A DNA stretch of 63,533 bases, the filler included, from a bacterium (GTDB lineage Bacteria > UBP15 > UBA6099 > JAJRTR01), in NCBI GenBank assembly GCA_024278215.1. It is 6 parts of 6 records of this genome, joined end to end, with 100 filler letters (N's around TTAATTAATTAA, not from the genome) between each part and the next. Parts side by side here need not be neighbours in the genome. Positions count along the whole stretch, not along the records: positions 49,851 to 59,229 come from JAJRTR010000207.1; positions 59,330 to 63,533 come from JAJRTR010000011.1; 4 more parts are not named here. One strand, 5' to 3'. Each line of letters opens with the position of its first letter. Within the stretch, counting starts at the first letter, position 1. Below the pieces are notes generated by a model. The model was not told where the DNA came from, made no database searches, and saw only the letters and a list, made by a program, of their open reading frames with translations. The translations under genes and the position numbers were made by a program. Shown in pieces: positions 52,883 to 61,988 of the stretch.

Positions 52883-54562
52883 TTAACTGTGGATAAAAGT
52901 TTGATTCTTAATGTAATCGGAGTCCATAGCCGGTATCGAGTCACGGTCGAGAAGACCTGCTTCGAGGGCAAAAAGGAATGTCTCGACAATTTCAGGGTCG
53001 AATTGCTCGCCCGAACCTTTTTTTATGATTTCGGCAGCGGCAGAGGGTTCCATTTTCCGGCGATAAGGTCTTTCGGTGGTCATAGCATCGTAGGCGTCGG
53101 CGATTCCAAGTATTCGCGCAGTGAGGGGAATCTCGCTGTCTTTTAATTTGCCAGGATATCCTTTGCCGTCGTAACGTTCGTGGTGATGGAGTATTCCCAT
53201 GAGGCTGTTTTTTATGGAGCCGATGGAACTTGCGATTTCGTGTGATAAAGTCGAGTGTGTCTCGATTATCATTCTTTCGGCGTCACTGACCCTGCCGGAT
53301 TTCAGGAGGATCGTGTCGGGAATGCCTATTTTACCGACATCGTGAATCATGCCCGAGACACGCAAATTTTCGTGCAGTCTCCAGTCGTCGGGGCGCAGGC
53401 ACTTGCCGATCTGCACGGCATAAAAGGCTACGCGCTCGGAATGCCCTTTTTCGTATTCGTCTTTCATGCTGACAGCGCTTGCAAGAGCCCGGAGAGCGCC
53501 GTGGAAGAGATCGTCTTTTTCTTCCTGCAGCAAAGAGCCCTTTACGGCGACAGCGGCTTCGTTGGCGATAGTCTGGAGCAGATCGATGTCCGTATCGTCA
53601 AAATTACTGCCGTCATTTTTGTTGATGACTTCGAGCACTCCGATCAGAATGTCGGCTTTGAACATAGGCACACAGAGGATCGATTTTGTTGTAAATCCTG
53701 TAAATTTGTCAAACGATGGATCGAAACGCTCGTCTGCATAAGCATCGTTGACGATAAGCGGGATGCCGGTTGTGGCCACGTGACCGACAATGCCCTTGTC
53801 CAGCGGCACCGTTTTTTTCTCTAGCATGCTCTTCTTGTCTCCGTGCGCTACAAAGAAGTAAAGTTCATCCGTATTTCTGTCCACGAGAAGTAGCGAAGAG
53901 GCTTCGGCATCGAGCATCCTCTTTGCTGAATTCATGATTGTGTTGAGCACATCACGCAGGTCGAGAGCACTGTTCACGGCATGGCTGACGTTGAGGAGGC
54001 TTTTCGTGTATTTGACGTCATTGTTGAGTTTTTCGACCACATCCCTGTGCTGGAGCGTCATCGCTATCAGGTCTGCGAAACATTCGAACAATTCCGTAAG
54101 CTCGTACGGGCTGTCGATTTCATCGACATCGAGATTGACACCTTCAAGCACACCTATTACTTTCTTGCCGGACTTGATAGGCACGGCGATAAGGGACTTT
54201 GTCTCGTAGCCGACTGTGTTGTCTATGCTTTTGTTGAAATCATCTTCCGTGTTTGTGTCGTCGACAAGCGCCGGTTTTCTTGTCGAGATAACTTTTCCAG
54301 CTATGCCTTTATCGGCGAGCATATATGTTCCTGTCAACTCGTCTTCCTTCTGGCCCCTGACTACATGGAACACGAGCCGGTCCGTGTCTTCGTCGATCAA
54401 GAGAATTGAAGCGCCTTCCATCTCGACAAGACTGAATATACGATTCATTATAAAATCCAGAGTCTCTTTCGGACCCTGCGACCCCGGCAGAGCATGTATC
54501 AACTCCTGGAGCACTTCGAGTTTGAAATTAGTCAGTTGCAGCTCAATGTCCGACATCGTCAC
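52883..54562 (-). CDS. GAF-GAF-HD-GYP cyclic-dinucleotide phosphodiesterase
   Basis: Two GAF repeats (KGIAG/KGIVG...TKS.I.VP...GVLE..N); HSERV, HDVGKIG, HHERYDGKGYP, DAMTTERPYR. Confidence 0.93.
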   Translation of the reverse strand: MTMSDIELQLTNFKLEVLQELIHALPGSQGPKETLDFIMNRIFSLVEMEGASILLIDEDTDRLVFHVVRGQKEDELTGTYMLADKGIAGKVISTRKPALVDDTNTEDDFNKSIDNTVGYETKSLIAVPIKSGKKVIGVLEGVNLDVDEIDSPYELTELFECFADLIAMTLQHRDVVEKLNNDVKYTKSLLNVSHAVNSALDLRDVLNTIMNSAKRMLDAEASSLLLVDRNTDELYFFVAHGDKKSMLEKKTVPLDKGIVGHVATTGIPLIVNDAYADERFDPSFDKFTGFTTKSILCVPMFKADILIGVLEVINKNDGSNFDDTDIDLLQTIANEAAVAVKGSLLQEEKDDLFHGALRALASAVSMKDEYEKGHSERVAFYAVQIGKCLRPDDWRLHENLRVSGMIHDVGKIGIPDTILLKSGRVSDAERMIIETHSTLSHEIASSIGSIKNSLMGILHHHERYDGKGYPGKLKDSEIPLTARILGIADAYDAMTTERPYRRKMEPSAAAEIIKKGSGEQFDPEIVETFLFALEAGLLDRDSIPAMDSDYIKNQTFIHS

Positions 54563-54900
54563 TCCTTCATATTCGATTTGACTTCGTGTATTCTCATGTT
54601 AAGTTGCTGTATGACTTTTGTCATCGGTTCTTTGATTATTTCAGGCAATACACCGTCTTTTTTCAGAAAATCCTCGGTGAGGGAAGCTACCTTGCTGACC
54701 TTCTCGAAACCTGCCAGCGCTGCTGTTCCCGTAATTGTGTGGAATAAGCGCCCCAACTCCTCTATTGCCGCCTCGACATTTTCCGTTTTGTCCAGACTAT
54801 CATTACAAATGACGATTTTTTCGTACAACTCTTCAAGTTCTTCCAGTGTGATTTTCCTGAGTCGGAGAAGCTCTTCCCTGGTGAAAAAATCGTCTCTCAT
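54559..54900 (-). CDS. Stand-alone Hpt phosphotransfer protein
   Basis: ELGRLFHTITGTAALAGF, matching the CheA-P1/Hpt motif. Confidence 0.85.
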   Translation of the reverse strand: MRDDFFTREELLRLRKITLEELEELYEKIVICNDSLDKTENVEAAIEELGRLFHTITGTAALAGFEKVSKVASLTEDFLKKDGVLPEIIKEPMTKVIQQLNMRIHEVKSNMKE

Positions 54901-54903
54901 ATA

Positions 54904-56691
54904 TCAACTTTCCAATGCGCTTTTAACCACTGTGATGACCCTTCCGGGCACAAATGGCTTCAATACATAATCGAATGCGCCCTGTACGACACATTCGAGG
55001 ACTTTCTTTTTGTCTCTTATTGATGAAATCATAATAACTTTCGCATCTTCGTTTTCTTCCCTGATTGCTTTGAGAGTTTCTATTCCGTCCATCCTGACCA
55101 TAGCTATGTCGCAGGTAACCAGTGTGGGCTTGAGCTTTTTATAAAGTTCCAGCCCCTGCCTGCCGTTTTCAGCTTCGCCGACGACCTCGAGGCCCAGTTT
55201 CTCGAGCAGAAGTTTGAGCGTCTGCCTGACGGCTCTCGAATCGTCGATAATGATTACCGTTTTCGCCCTTCGTTTCGAATCGCGCCTGAACTCACGGCCT
55301 GATTCATCGAACGATGTCAGGTACAGCATCTTCTTGTCGGTGTCCCATTTGAAGCTTGCAAATTTTGTTTCCTTTTTCACTCTGTAAACGGAATCATCGA
55401 TAAAAACCGCTGTGCCCGGATATATCATGTTCTCTATTTCGACCATGGCCAGATGATTGAAAACACGACTCGAGCTGAGTTCGTAAATGTCTTCCTGCAT
55501 CTGTTTTTTTACCCGGTCGAGTTTAAGTATTTTTCCGCGAATATATCCAGTTTTTTCGATGTCGTCGCCGGCTGTTTTCGATGCGAATTCATAGTTTTTC
55601 TGTAGTTCCGTCAACTGCTTCATGACTCCCCGCAGCCTGGCGAGTTCGTCCATGTAGCGTCTCTGTATCTCATATTTGTAGCCCACCTGTACGTAGGTTT
55701 TAGGATGGGCCGTCGAGCCGAGATTCCTCACAACAATGCGGTCATAAGCTATTGTCCGTCCACCTATAATCGCCCCCTCTTCCGTCAGTGCTATCACTCT
55801 TTTGTTGCTGTACACGCTGCTGTTCATGATAGCGTTTTCAACAATGATGCTGCCTTCAGCTTCCACAATCGAATTCTCGATGAACTTCGCGTAGATGTCG
55901 CCATCGGCCGAAATGAGGCCTTTGTTCCTCGTAAGAATTCCTCTTTTGACAACAACATCACCGCCGGCGGTCACACGCGCGCTCTGTATTGTGTTCTCCA
56001 CTATCACATCGCCGCGCGCGTTCACCTCGAAACCGTCCAGAATACTTCCCTTTATGCCTATTGTGCCGTCGAATGTTATATTACCTGTACTGTAATCAAC
56101 ATCGCCATCGACAATGTATACAGGATCAACCCTGAGCACTCCGCCGGAAATTATCGGCGCACCGCTGATTTCTGCAATGTAGTCCTTCCTGTTGTCGGCA
56201 AGCCTCACGCCTGTGCCAGGTGATATATTCACATCCATCCCCCACTCGCCGGGAAGTGTCTGCCCGTATATCGTTTTGCCTTCCTTGCCCTGCTCCGCAG
56301 GTTCCTTGCGCAGAATAACATCATTCTCGCGTACACTTGCGATAGTGCCGATCTGTCTGAAATCTACTTTATCCCTGTCCCCGAGTTCAGCGTCGAATGT
56401 GCTGCGGGCGTCTTTCTCGAACTTATAAATAAGTTCGGCATCTTTACCTTGTGTAAAGGGTTTTCCCGTAGCAATAACCAGGGTATAATCATACAGGTCC
56501 ATATTCGAGAGAAAGATATTTATCTTGGTGTCATCTTTAATGCCATACGTTATATTCTCTTTTTTTAGCAGGCGTTTTATATCATTGAGCGTCGGCTCGT
56601 GACCGGGTGCCACATGAAGATAAGCAGTGATATGATCTCTCGATACCTCGATCCATAGCATTTTGTCTTTTGCTGAAATTTCAGGACTCAT
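54904..56691 (-). CDS. FapA (DUF342) protein fused to a C-terminal REC domain
   Basis: IATGKP..GKDA, VDGDVDYSTGNITFDG, AKFIENS, IIGG; then IDDS, CDIAM..MDG, KPF. Confidence 0.88.
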   Translation of the reverse strand: MSPEISAKDKMLWIEVSRDHITAYLHVAPGHEPTLNDIKRLLKKENITYGIKDDTKINIFLSNMDLYDYTLVIATGKPFTQGKDAELIYKFEKDARSTFDAELGDRDKVDFRQIGTIASVRENDVILRKEPAEQGKEGKTIYGQTLPGEWGMDVNISPGTGVRLADNRKDYIAEISGAPIISGGVLRVDPVYIVDGDVDYSTGNITFDGTIGIKGSILDGFEVNARGDVIVENTIQSARVTAGGDVVVKRGILTRNKGLISADGDIYAKFIENSIVEAEGSIIVENAIMNSSVYSNKRVIALTEEGAIIGGRTIAYDRIVVRNLGSTAHPKTYVQVGYKYEIQRRYMDELARLRGVMKQLTELQKNYEFASKTAGDDIEKTGYIRGKILKLDRVKKQMQEDIYELSSSRVFNHLAMVEIENMIYPGTAVFIDDSVYRVKKETKFASFKWDTDKKMLYLTSFDESGREFRRDSKRRAKTVIIIDDSRAVRQTLKLLLEKLGLEVVGEAENGRQGLELYKKLKPTLVTCDIAMVRMDGIETLKAIREENEDAKVIMISSIRDKKKVLECVVQGAFDYVLKPFVPGRVITVVKSALES

Positions 56692-57063
56692 GTATCACCT
56701 TTTCATAAAAAATGTTTTTCACCCTCCGGAGCAAAAACACGTTTTTTTGTTATTTTGTGATGATACCGTTACGTCGGGGGCATCCTGTATATGCTATTAT
56801 GTATATCAGGTTTTTTGTTCACCTGCAGCAAAGGTGTTCCCGGCCATTCGTCAAAACAATATTTCAACCATTGCCTAGTTCATCAATATGATAGTAATTT
56901 TAGTATTATACAGATTTGGGCTTGACATGTAAAATATTTTACAAAGAATGTCACAAACAAAAACATTAGTATTGGCTGAACGAAAACCATGCAAGACCTA
57001 ACACTAATAAGGAAGAACTTGCGAAAAGTGCAGACAAAAATCGGCAATTCACGTATTAAGGCC

Positions 57064-57254
57064 CTTACGACTGAAATGCTACGCAGGATGGTAAAAAACC
57101 GATGAAGAAGAGATTGCTGGAAGCTGGAGCTTCCAGTTACAGGCGTTTTCAAAGGTAGACCTTTGGAACGATGAAACTCTGTGTGCCGTGCTCAAACCGC
57201 ATTTGTTTGGGCACGAAAATGCGGCCTGTTTGGTTCCGGCTTTGCCGGGTTAGG
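57064..57254 (+). mobile_element. Repeat family B copy
   Basis: CTTACGACTGAAATGC...CCGGCTTTGCCGGGTTAGG. Confidence 0.82.
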
Positions 57255-57302
57255 AGCCCATTGCAAAATTCTGATTCAACTGTGGACGGCTGCTTTGTCC
57301 AT
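57254..57302 (+). repeat. Degenerate family A left end abutting family B
   Basis: GAGCCCATTGCAAAATTCTGATTC...GGCTGCTTTGTCCAT. Confidence 0.7.
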
Positions 57303-57390
57303 TATTGTAGTTCATCACGGAAAACGCCGGATATTTGGTGTATAATATTCGGAATATCGTTTTGGCCTGTGTTACGACAGGTTATAGAAT

Positions 57391-58449
57391 ATGTCAATAA
57401 TAAATTTCGGACTGATAGGATGTGGCAGGATAAGCGACCTGCACGCGCCGGGATACCTGCGCAGCGACGACGCGCGTATATACGCCGTGTGCGATTCGAA
57501 TCCCGAAGTTGCAGAAAAGAGAAAGAACGAATGGAACGCCGAGAAGAGCTACACCGATTACAGGCACCTGCTCGAGGACCCGGATGTCGACGCGGTAGAG
57601 ATTATCGTGCCGCATCATTTGCACAAGGAACTCACTGTCGCAGCATGCGCCGCCGGCAAGCATGTCTCCATTCAGAAGCCGATGGCGATGACGGTCGCCG
57701 AGTGCGATGAGATGATAGAGGCGGCGGAAAAAGCCGGCGTGATGCTCAAGGTGTTTGAAAATTTTGTTTTTTACCCGCCCTACGCGGAGGCGAAGTCACT
57801 CATCGAAGACGGAGCGATAGGCGAACCGCTGAGTATGAGGATACGCCTGGGCAGCGCGGCGCGCGGCGGCTGGAAAGTGCCGCTGAAAACCTGGCTGTGG
57901 CGACTCAACGAGGAAGCCTGCGGTGGCGGACCGAATATCTTCGACGACGGCTATCATAAATTCTCGCTTGCGATTCATCTCATGGGTGCTGTCGACGAGG
58001 TCAACGGCTGGATAGACCGGTCGTATGGAATTGTGGATGTGCCTGCTATGTTGTCATGGACGTTCAAGGAAAACGGTCGTGTGGGGCTCCTCGACTCGAC
58101 TATGTCCTCGGGCATGACTGTGAAATCAAAATATTACTCTGTCGACGAGCGTGTCGAGATAATCGGCACCGAAGGTGTGATATGGATCAACAGGTGTACG
58201 GCGAAACTTCTGGACGAACCGGCGCTTGTCCTCTATAGAAACGGCCGGACTAGCAATTACGAACATATTCGCGACGACTGGCTCGATTCTTTCATCGAGT
58301 CAGTGCGCCACTTCATTAAATGTATTAAAGAAGGCGGCGAACCGCTGCTTTCGGGGCAACGCGGCAAGGCAGTATTGCAGTTTGCTCATGCGGCTCTGAA
58401 TAGTTCACGGACTGGAGCAGTGGTACGGCCCGACGACATAATAGTTTGA
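57391..58449 (+). CDS. Gfo/Idh/MocA oxidoreductase
   Basis: GLIGCGRI, PHHLH, GKHVSIQKPMA, DDGYH. Confidence 0.92.
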   Translation: MSIINFGLIGCGRISDLHAPGYLRSDDARIYAVCDSNPEVAEKRKNEWNAEKSYTDYRHLLEDPDVDAVEIIVPHHLHKELTVAACAAGKHVSIQKPMAMTVAECDEMIEAAEKAGVMLKVFENFVFYPPYAEAKSLIEDGAIGEPLSMRIRLGSAARGGWKVPLKTWLWRLNEEACGGGPNIFDDGYHKFSLAIHLMGAVDEVNGWIDRSYGIVDVPAMLSWTFKENGRVGLLDSTMSSGMTVKSKYYSVDERVEIIGTEGVIWINRCTAKLLDEPALVLYRNGRTSNYEHIRDDWLDSFIESVRHFIKCIKEGGEPLLSGQRGKAVLQFAHAALNSSRTGAVVRPDDIIV

Positions 58450-58467
58450 AACTTTCAGGGAGAACAG

Positions 58468-58767
58468 ATGCGGCTCCGGAAGAAAATACAGATTGATGTT
58501 ATCACGGAAATCGCGGGCGTGCTCGGGCGCGGTATTGCGAATCTCAGCGATGGCGCGATGATAAAAGCTCTGCGGGCTCTGCGGGGAATCGCGCCGGACA
58601 AAGGCACACGCGACAGCCTCGACGAACTGATTGAGGCGATCAAGAGCGGACCGCCCAACACGAACACACTGCGCCGGATGCTTCGGGAATCACGAAAAGA
58701 TGAAATCCGCGAACTAATTGAAGGCACCTTCTTTTTTGATCAGATGGACTGTGAGAATATGGATTGA
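58468..58767 (+). CDS. Hypothetical protein
   Basis: 99-aa ORF tightly packed between two oxidoreductase genes; RBS GGGAG. Confidence 0.6.
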   Translation: MRLRKKIQIDVITEIAGVLGRGIANLSDGAMIKALRALRGIAPDKGTRDSLDELIEAIKSGPPNTNTLRRMLRESRKDEIRELIEGTFFFDQMDCENMD

Positions 58768-59229
58768 ATGTCAAATAAAGATAAAACAAACACAACTTTA
58801 AAATCTGTAATATGCGGCGCGGACCCGTGTGAAGTCTGGTTGCACGCCGGCGCGTATAACGGTGTGGCAATTGCCGGAGTAGTGGGTGTTGTATGTGACG
58901 GCAGCCATGATGCCGCCTCGGTCGCCGAGTCCGGTGGACTTGAAGTCATCGGCGATTTCGACGATGTTCTTGCCGATGATGATGTCGCTATAGTGGAACT
59001 GCTCGAATCGTGCGACGAAAGAACCGAACGCGCCCTTGCGGCGCTCGACGCAGGCAAAAATGTTCTGCTCGCTCCTCCGTTTGCCTGTAATGCGGCGGAT
59101 GCGGCGCGCATCGCAAAAGTTGCGAAGAGATCGACAGCGAAGGTCATGAGTTACGACAATAACAGGTTCTACCCTCCGGCGAACAAACTTTTGCGCATTG
59201 TCAACAAAAAGACAGTCGGCACAATAAAC
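58768..59229 (+). CDS. Divergent Gfo/Idh/MocA-like protein, 3' end cut by the spacer
   Basis: FDDVLADDDV.IVE, ALDAGKNVLL..P, NRFYPP. Confidence 0.7.
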
Positions 59230-59329
59230 NNNNNNNNNNNNNNNNNNNNNNNNNNNNNNNNNNNNNNNNNNNNTTAATTAATTAANNNNNNNNNNNNNNN
59301 NNNNNNNNNNNNNNNNNNNNNNNNNNNNN
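59230..59329. other. Artificial contig spacer
   Basis: N-TTAATTAATTAA-N. Confidence 0.98.
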
Positions 59330-59552
59330 CCTTGCTTATGGCACCTCCTGTGAATATGGGCCGGCTTCCCCTCCCGAGACAATAAGGTATATTTTGCTGT
59401 TTCTCATGAACTGATGTGTAATTATATCCTGAACTTGTGCGAATTCAGATATTTTGTAAGAATTTCGGGGACATGACTGGAATTTGTCCTTTAATTCCAG
59501 ACCGTATCTCCTGAAATCCGGCTACTGTCTCGTCAGGCTTGTAATATCGCTG

Positions 59553-59648
59553 GTAGGGCTGGGGCACCGTACCCCGCCTGAACATATTTCTCGCGAAAAC
59601 AGTTTGTACAGGCACAAGTTGAGGCGGGGTACGGTGTCCCAGCCCTAC
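59553..59648. repeat. Repeat family D (REP-doublet-like hairpin)
   Basis: GTAGGGCTGGGGCACCGTACCCCGCCT...AGGCGGGGTACGGTGTCCCAGCCCTAC. Confidence 0.85.
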
Positions 59649-59818
59649 ACTTTATAGTTTTTACACTACCCCATCTTACATCTTTTCTTTCTTGACATGG
59701 CACTACCCTTTTATAAAAAACGCACAAGTTCAAAAATGTACTGAAGCGATTTAGCTATTATAATATGCAACCTTCACGTACACAAACAGTTTTCGCGTAA
59801 TATATGCTTAGGGTCACT

Positions 59819-60013
59819 TAGTATCCTACGACTGAAATGCTACGCAGGATGGTAAAGAAACGCTGAAAAGAGATCGGTGAAAGCTGGAGCTTCCAGTTAC
59901 AGACGTTTCCAATGTAGACCTTGGGAACGATGAAACTCTGTGTGCCGTGCTCAAACCGCATTTGTTTGGGCACGAAAATGCGGCCTGTTTGGTTCCGGCT
60001 TTGCCGGGTTAGG
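59819..60013 (+). mobile_element. Repeat family B complete copy (195 bp)
   Basis: TAGTATCCTACGACTG...GCCGGGTTAGG. Confidence 0.85.
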
Positions 60014-60041
60014 CAAAGAATGAGGAAAAAACAGGACAATA

Positions 60042-60171
60042 GAGCCAATTGCAAAATTATGTTCGTAGCGAGATCGAGCGAAATTGTTCAGAGCAAGGCG
60101 GAGTTGTAAAATCCTCGCAGGCGTACTTGTAGAGTACGTCGAGGACGATTTCGCACCGACAACGCAGCTAT
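60042..60171 (-). mobile_element. Repeat family A copy truncated by a family C palindrome
   Basis: GAGCCAATTGCAAAATTATG...AACGCAGCTAT followed directly by CCCGCAT. Confidence 0.85.
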
Positions 60172-60197
60172 CCCGCATATTTCACCAATGCGGGCTA
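60172..60197. repeat. Repeat family C palindrome
   Basis: CCCGCATATTTCACCAATGCGGGCTA. Confidence 0.8.
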
Positions 60198-60345
60198 AAA
60201 ATCGGGAGAATGCCTGTAATACAAGGCGTGGTAAATAAGTGGTGAGGGAGCAGCCGGCAACGTCGGCCTCTTGCGCAAAAAACGAGTGTGTGACCGATCC
60301 CGAATCGCCGCCGCAACGCAGTAGAATGGGGATTCTCACGGTTTT

Positions 60346-60374
60346 CCGGATTTCTTTGTGAGAAATCCGGGTTA
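60346..60374. repeat. Repeat family C variant palindrome
   Basis: CCGGATTTCTTTGTGAGAAATCCGGGTTA. Confidence 0.72.
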
Positions 60375-60535
60375 GACTTGTTTGCGGGTGTGCCAAAGTG
60401 ATAACATAGACAGGGTGAATGCCGCCCCGTGGACGTTCCGGCAATTTGTGCGGGTCGGAGATGCAGAATAATGATGAATCTGCGCCGATACTTTTGATGT
60501 CGTGTCAACAAAGAAAAGACGTATGGATTGGAATT

Positions 60536-61444
60536 ATGTCTGTCACAAGAACAATAATCATGCGAGCACTATTCTACACCATCTATATATTGTTGCGAGT
60601 GCTGCCGCGAAAACTTCAGGAAAAACTCGCCGAGTTGCTGGGCTGGTTTTTCTTCAAAGTGCTGCCCGGCCAGAAAGAACTTATGCTTTCCAATCTGAAG
60701 CGCGCGTTCAAAGACGAATACTCGCAGGAAGAGCTGGAGAGGATCGCACTGAGATCGCAGCAAAACATGATAAAAAGCGTGTTCGAGTTCGCGCGATTCC
60801 CGCTCTACAGTGAGAAAGACCTCGAGAGAATGGTCGAGGTGCCACCGGAGAGCGTGGAAAACATGAGGAAAGCAAGCGAGGCGGGCAAAGGGATCGTGCT
60901 TGCCAGCGCACATTTCGGGAACTGGGAGTTTCTCGCGTGGCGGATCGGCTCACTAGGCTATCAGATGACCGTCGTCGGGCGCGACCAGGAGGACAACCTG
61001 ATCAACGACTTTATAGTGAAGCGCCGCACCAGCAAAGGGACAAAAAATGTGCCGCGCGGAGTGCCCATGTACGAGCACATGACAAACCTGCTAGCAAAAA
61101 ATGAACTCGTCGGCCTCGTATCCGACCAGAACGCCGGCCCGCGCGGTTTATTTGTAGATTTCTTCGGCTCGAAAGTTTCAGCCTTCAAAGGCCCCGGCAT
61201 GTTCGCCGTGCGCACAGGTGCCAGGATAGTGCCGGTTTTCATCGAGCGCCTCGGCTATGAAAAACACCGCGCATATTTATGCCCCGCTGTCGAGATAGAA
61301 CCCACGGGCGATGCCGGTAAAGACGTTCTCGCCTTCACACAGGCATACACAACAGTTATCGAAGATTTTGTGCGCCGTTTTCCGGACCACTGGTTCTGGA
61401 TTCACAAACGCTGGAAGACAAGTCCGCCCGGCGAAGAAGAATAA
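60536..61444 (+). CDS. Lipid A lauroyl acyltransferase-like protein (LpxL/HtrB family)
   Basis: AHFGNWE, SDQNAG, VDFFG, PDHWFWIHKRWK; start uncertain (60536 or 60560). Confidence 0.9.
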   Translation: MSVTRTIIMRALFYTIYILLRVLPRKLQEKLAELLGWFFFKVLPGQKELMLSNLKRAFKDEYSQEELERIALRSQQNMIKSVFEFARFPLYSEKDLERMVEVPPESVENMRKASEAGKGIVLASAHFGNWEFLAWRIGSLGYQMTVVGRDQEDNLINDFIVKRRTSKGTKNVPRGVPMYEHMTNLLAKNELVGLVSDQNAGPRGLFVDFFGSKVSAFKGPGMFAVRTGARIVPVFIERLGYEKHRAYLCPAVEIEPTGDAGKDVLAFTQAYTTVIEDFVRRFPDHWFWIHKRWKTSPPGEEE

Positions 61445-61519
61445 TCATACGGGATCAAACACAACAGGCTCTTTTGTATTTTGCTCCTTATTTCACCTTA
61501 AGCAATAAAAAGTTGTTGC

Positions 61520-61548
61520 TAACCCGCATTGGGGGAATATGCGGGCTA
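61520..61548. repeat. Repeat family C palindrome
   Basis: TAACCCGCATTGGGGGAATATGCGGGCTA. Confidence 0.78.
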
Positions 61549-61642
61549 CTACATCTCTTCTGCTGCGTCTTTGAAATTCTATCATCTTCGTGCTACACTG
61601 TGTTCTCATAAGGACGGTTCTCCTTTTTGTAAATTTACTTGT

Positions 61643-61821
61643 GAGCCGATTGCAAAATTATGTTCGTAGCGAGGTCGAACGAAATTGTTCGGGAGCAAGG
61701 CGGAGGTGCAAAATCCCCGCAGGCGTACTTGTAGAGTACGTCGAGGACGATCTTGTGCCGACAACGCAGCTGTTGACAATTGCAGCCGGCCGCAGCAGAA
61801 TCAGAATTTTTCAATCAGCTC
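61643..61821 (-). mobile_element. Repeat family A complete, diverged copy
   Basis: GAGCCGATTGCAAAATT...AATTTTTCAATCAGCTC. Confidence 0.85.
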
Positions 61822-61988
61822 TTGATAAAGCAACTTTTACTCACAGAACCGTCCTTTTTCATTATATTGGTGAAATATCCGGGTTAATGACAATACCGTT
61901 TACTTAAGAGGGTATGGGTATCAATATTCGCGATAAATACAGGCTTTTTTGCGTATCATTGTTGTTAAAGTAAACGATATTGGGATTA

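Noticed and set aside
57171-57710. ORFs starting in or spanning repeats (also 27533-27835, 49466-49720, 59921-60109, 61590-61907 and the 9510 start)
   Set aside because: Their shared peptides are translations of families A and B, not genes
9283-59329. TTAATTAATTAA palindromes inside N runs (five sites)
   Set aside because: Artificial contig linkers; ORFs containing X runs and cross-spacer synteny are artefacts
59819-60013. Family B as an RNA-guided, target-specific (IS110 bridge-type) element
   Set aside because: Reconstructed empty sites share only CCTA and no longer target; no recombinase in the window, so the idea is unsupported here
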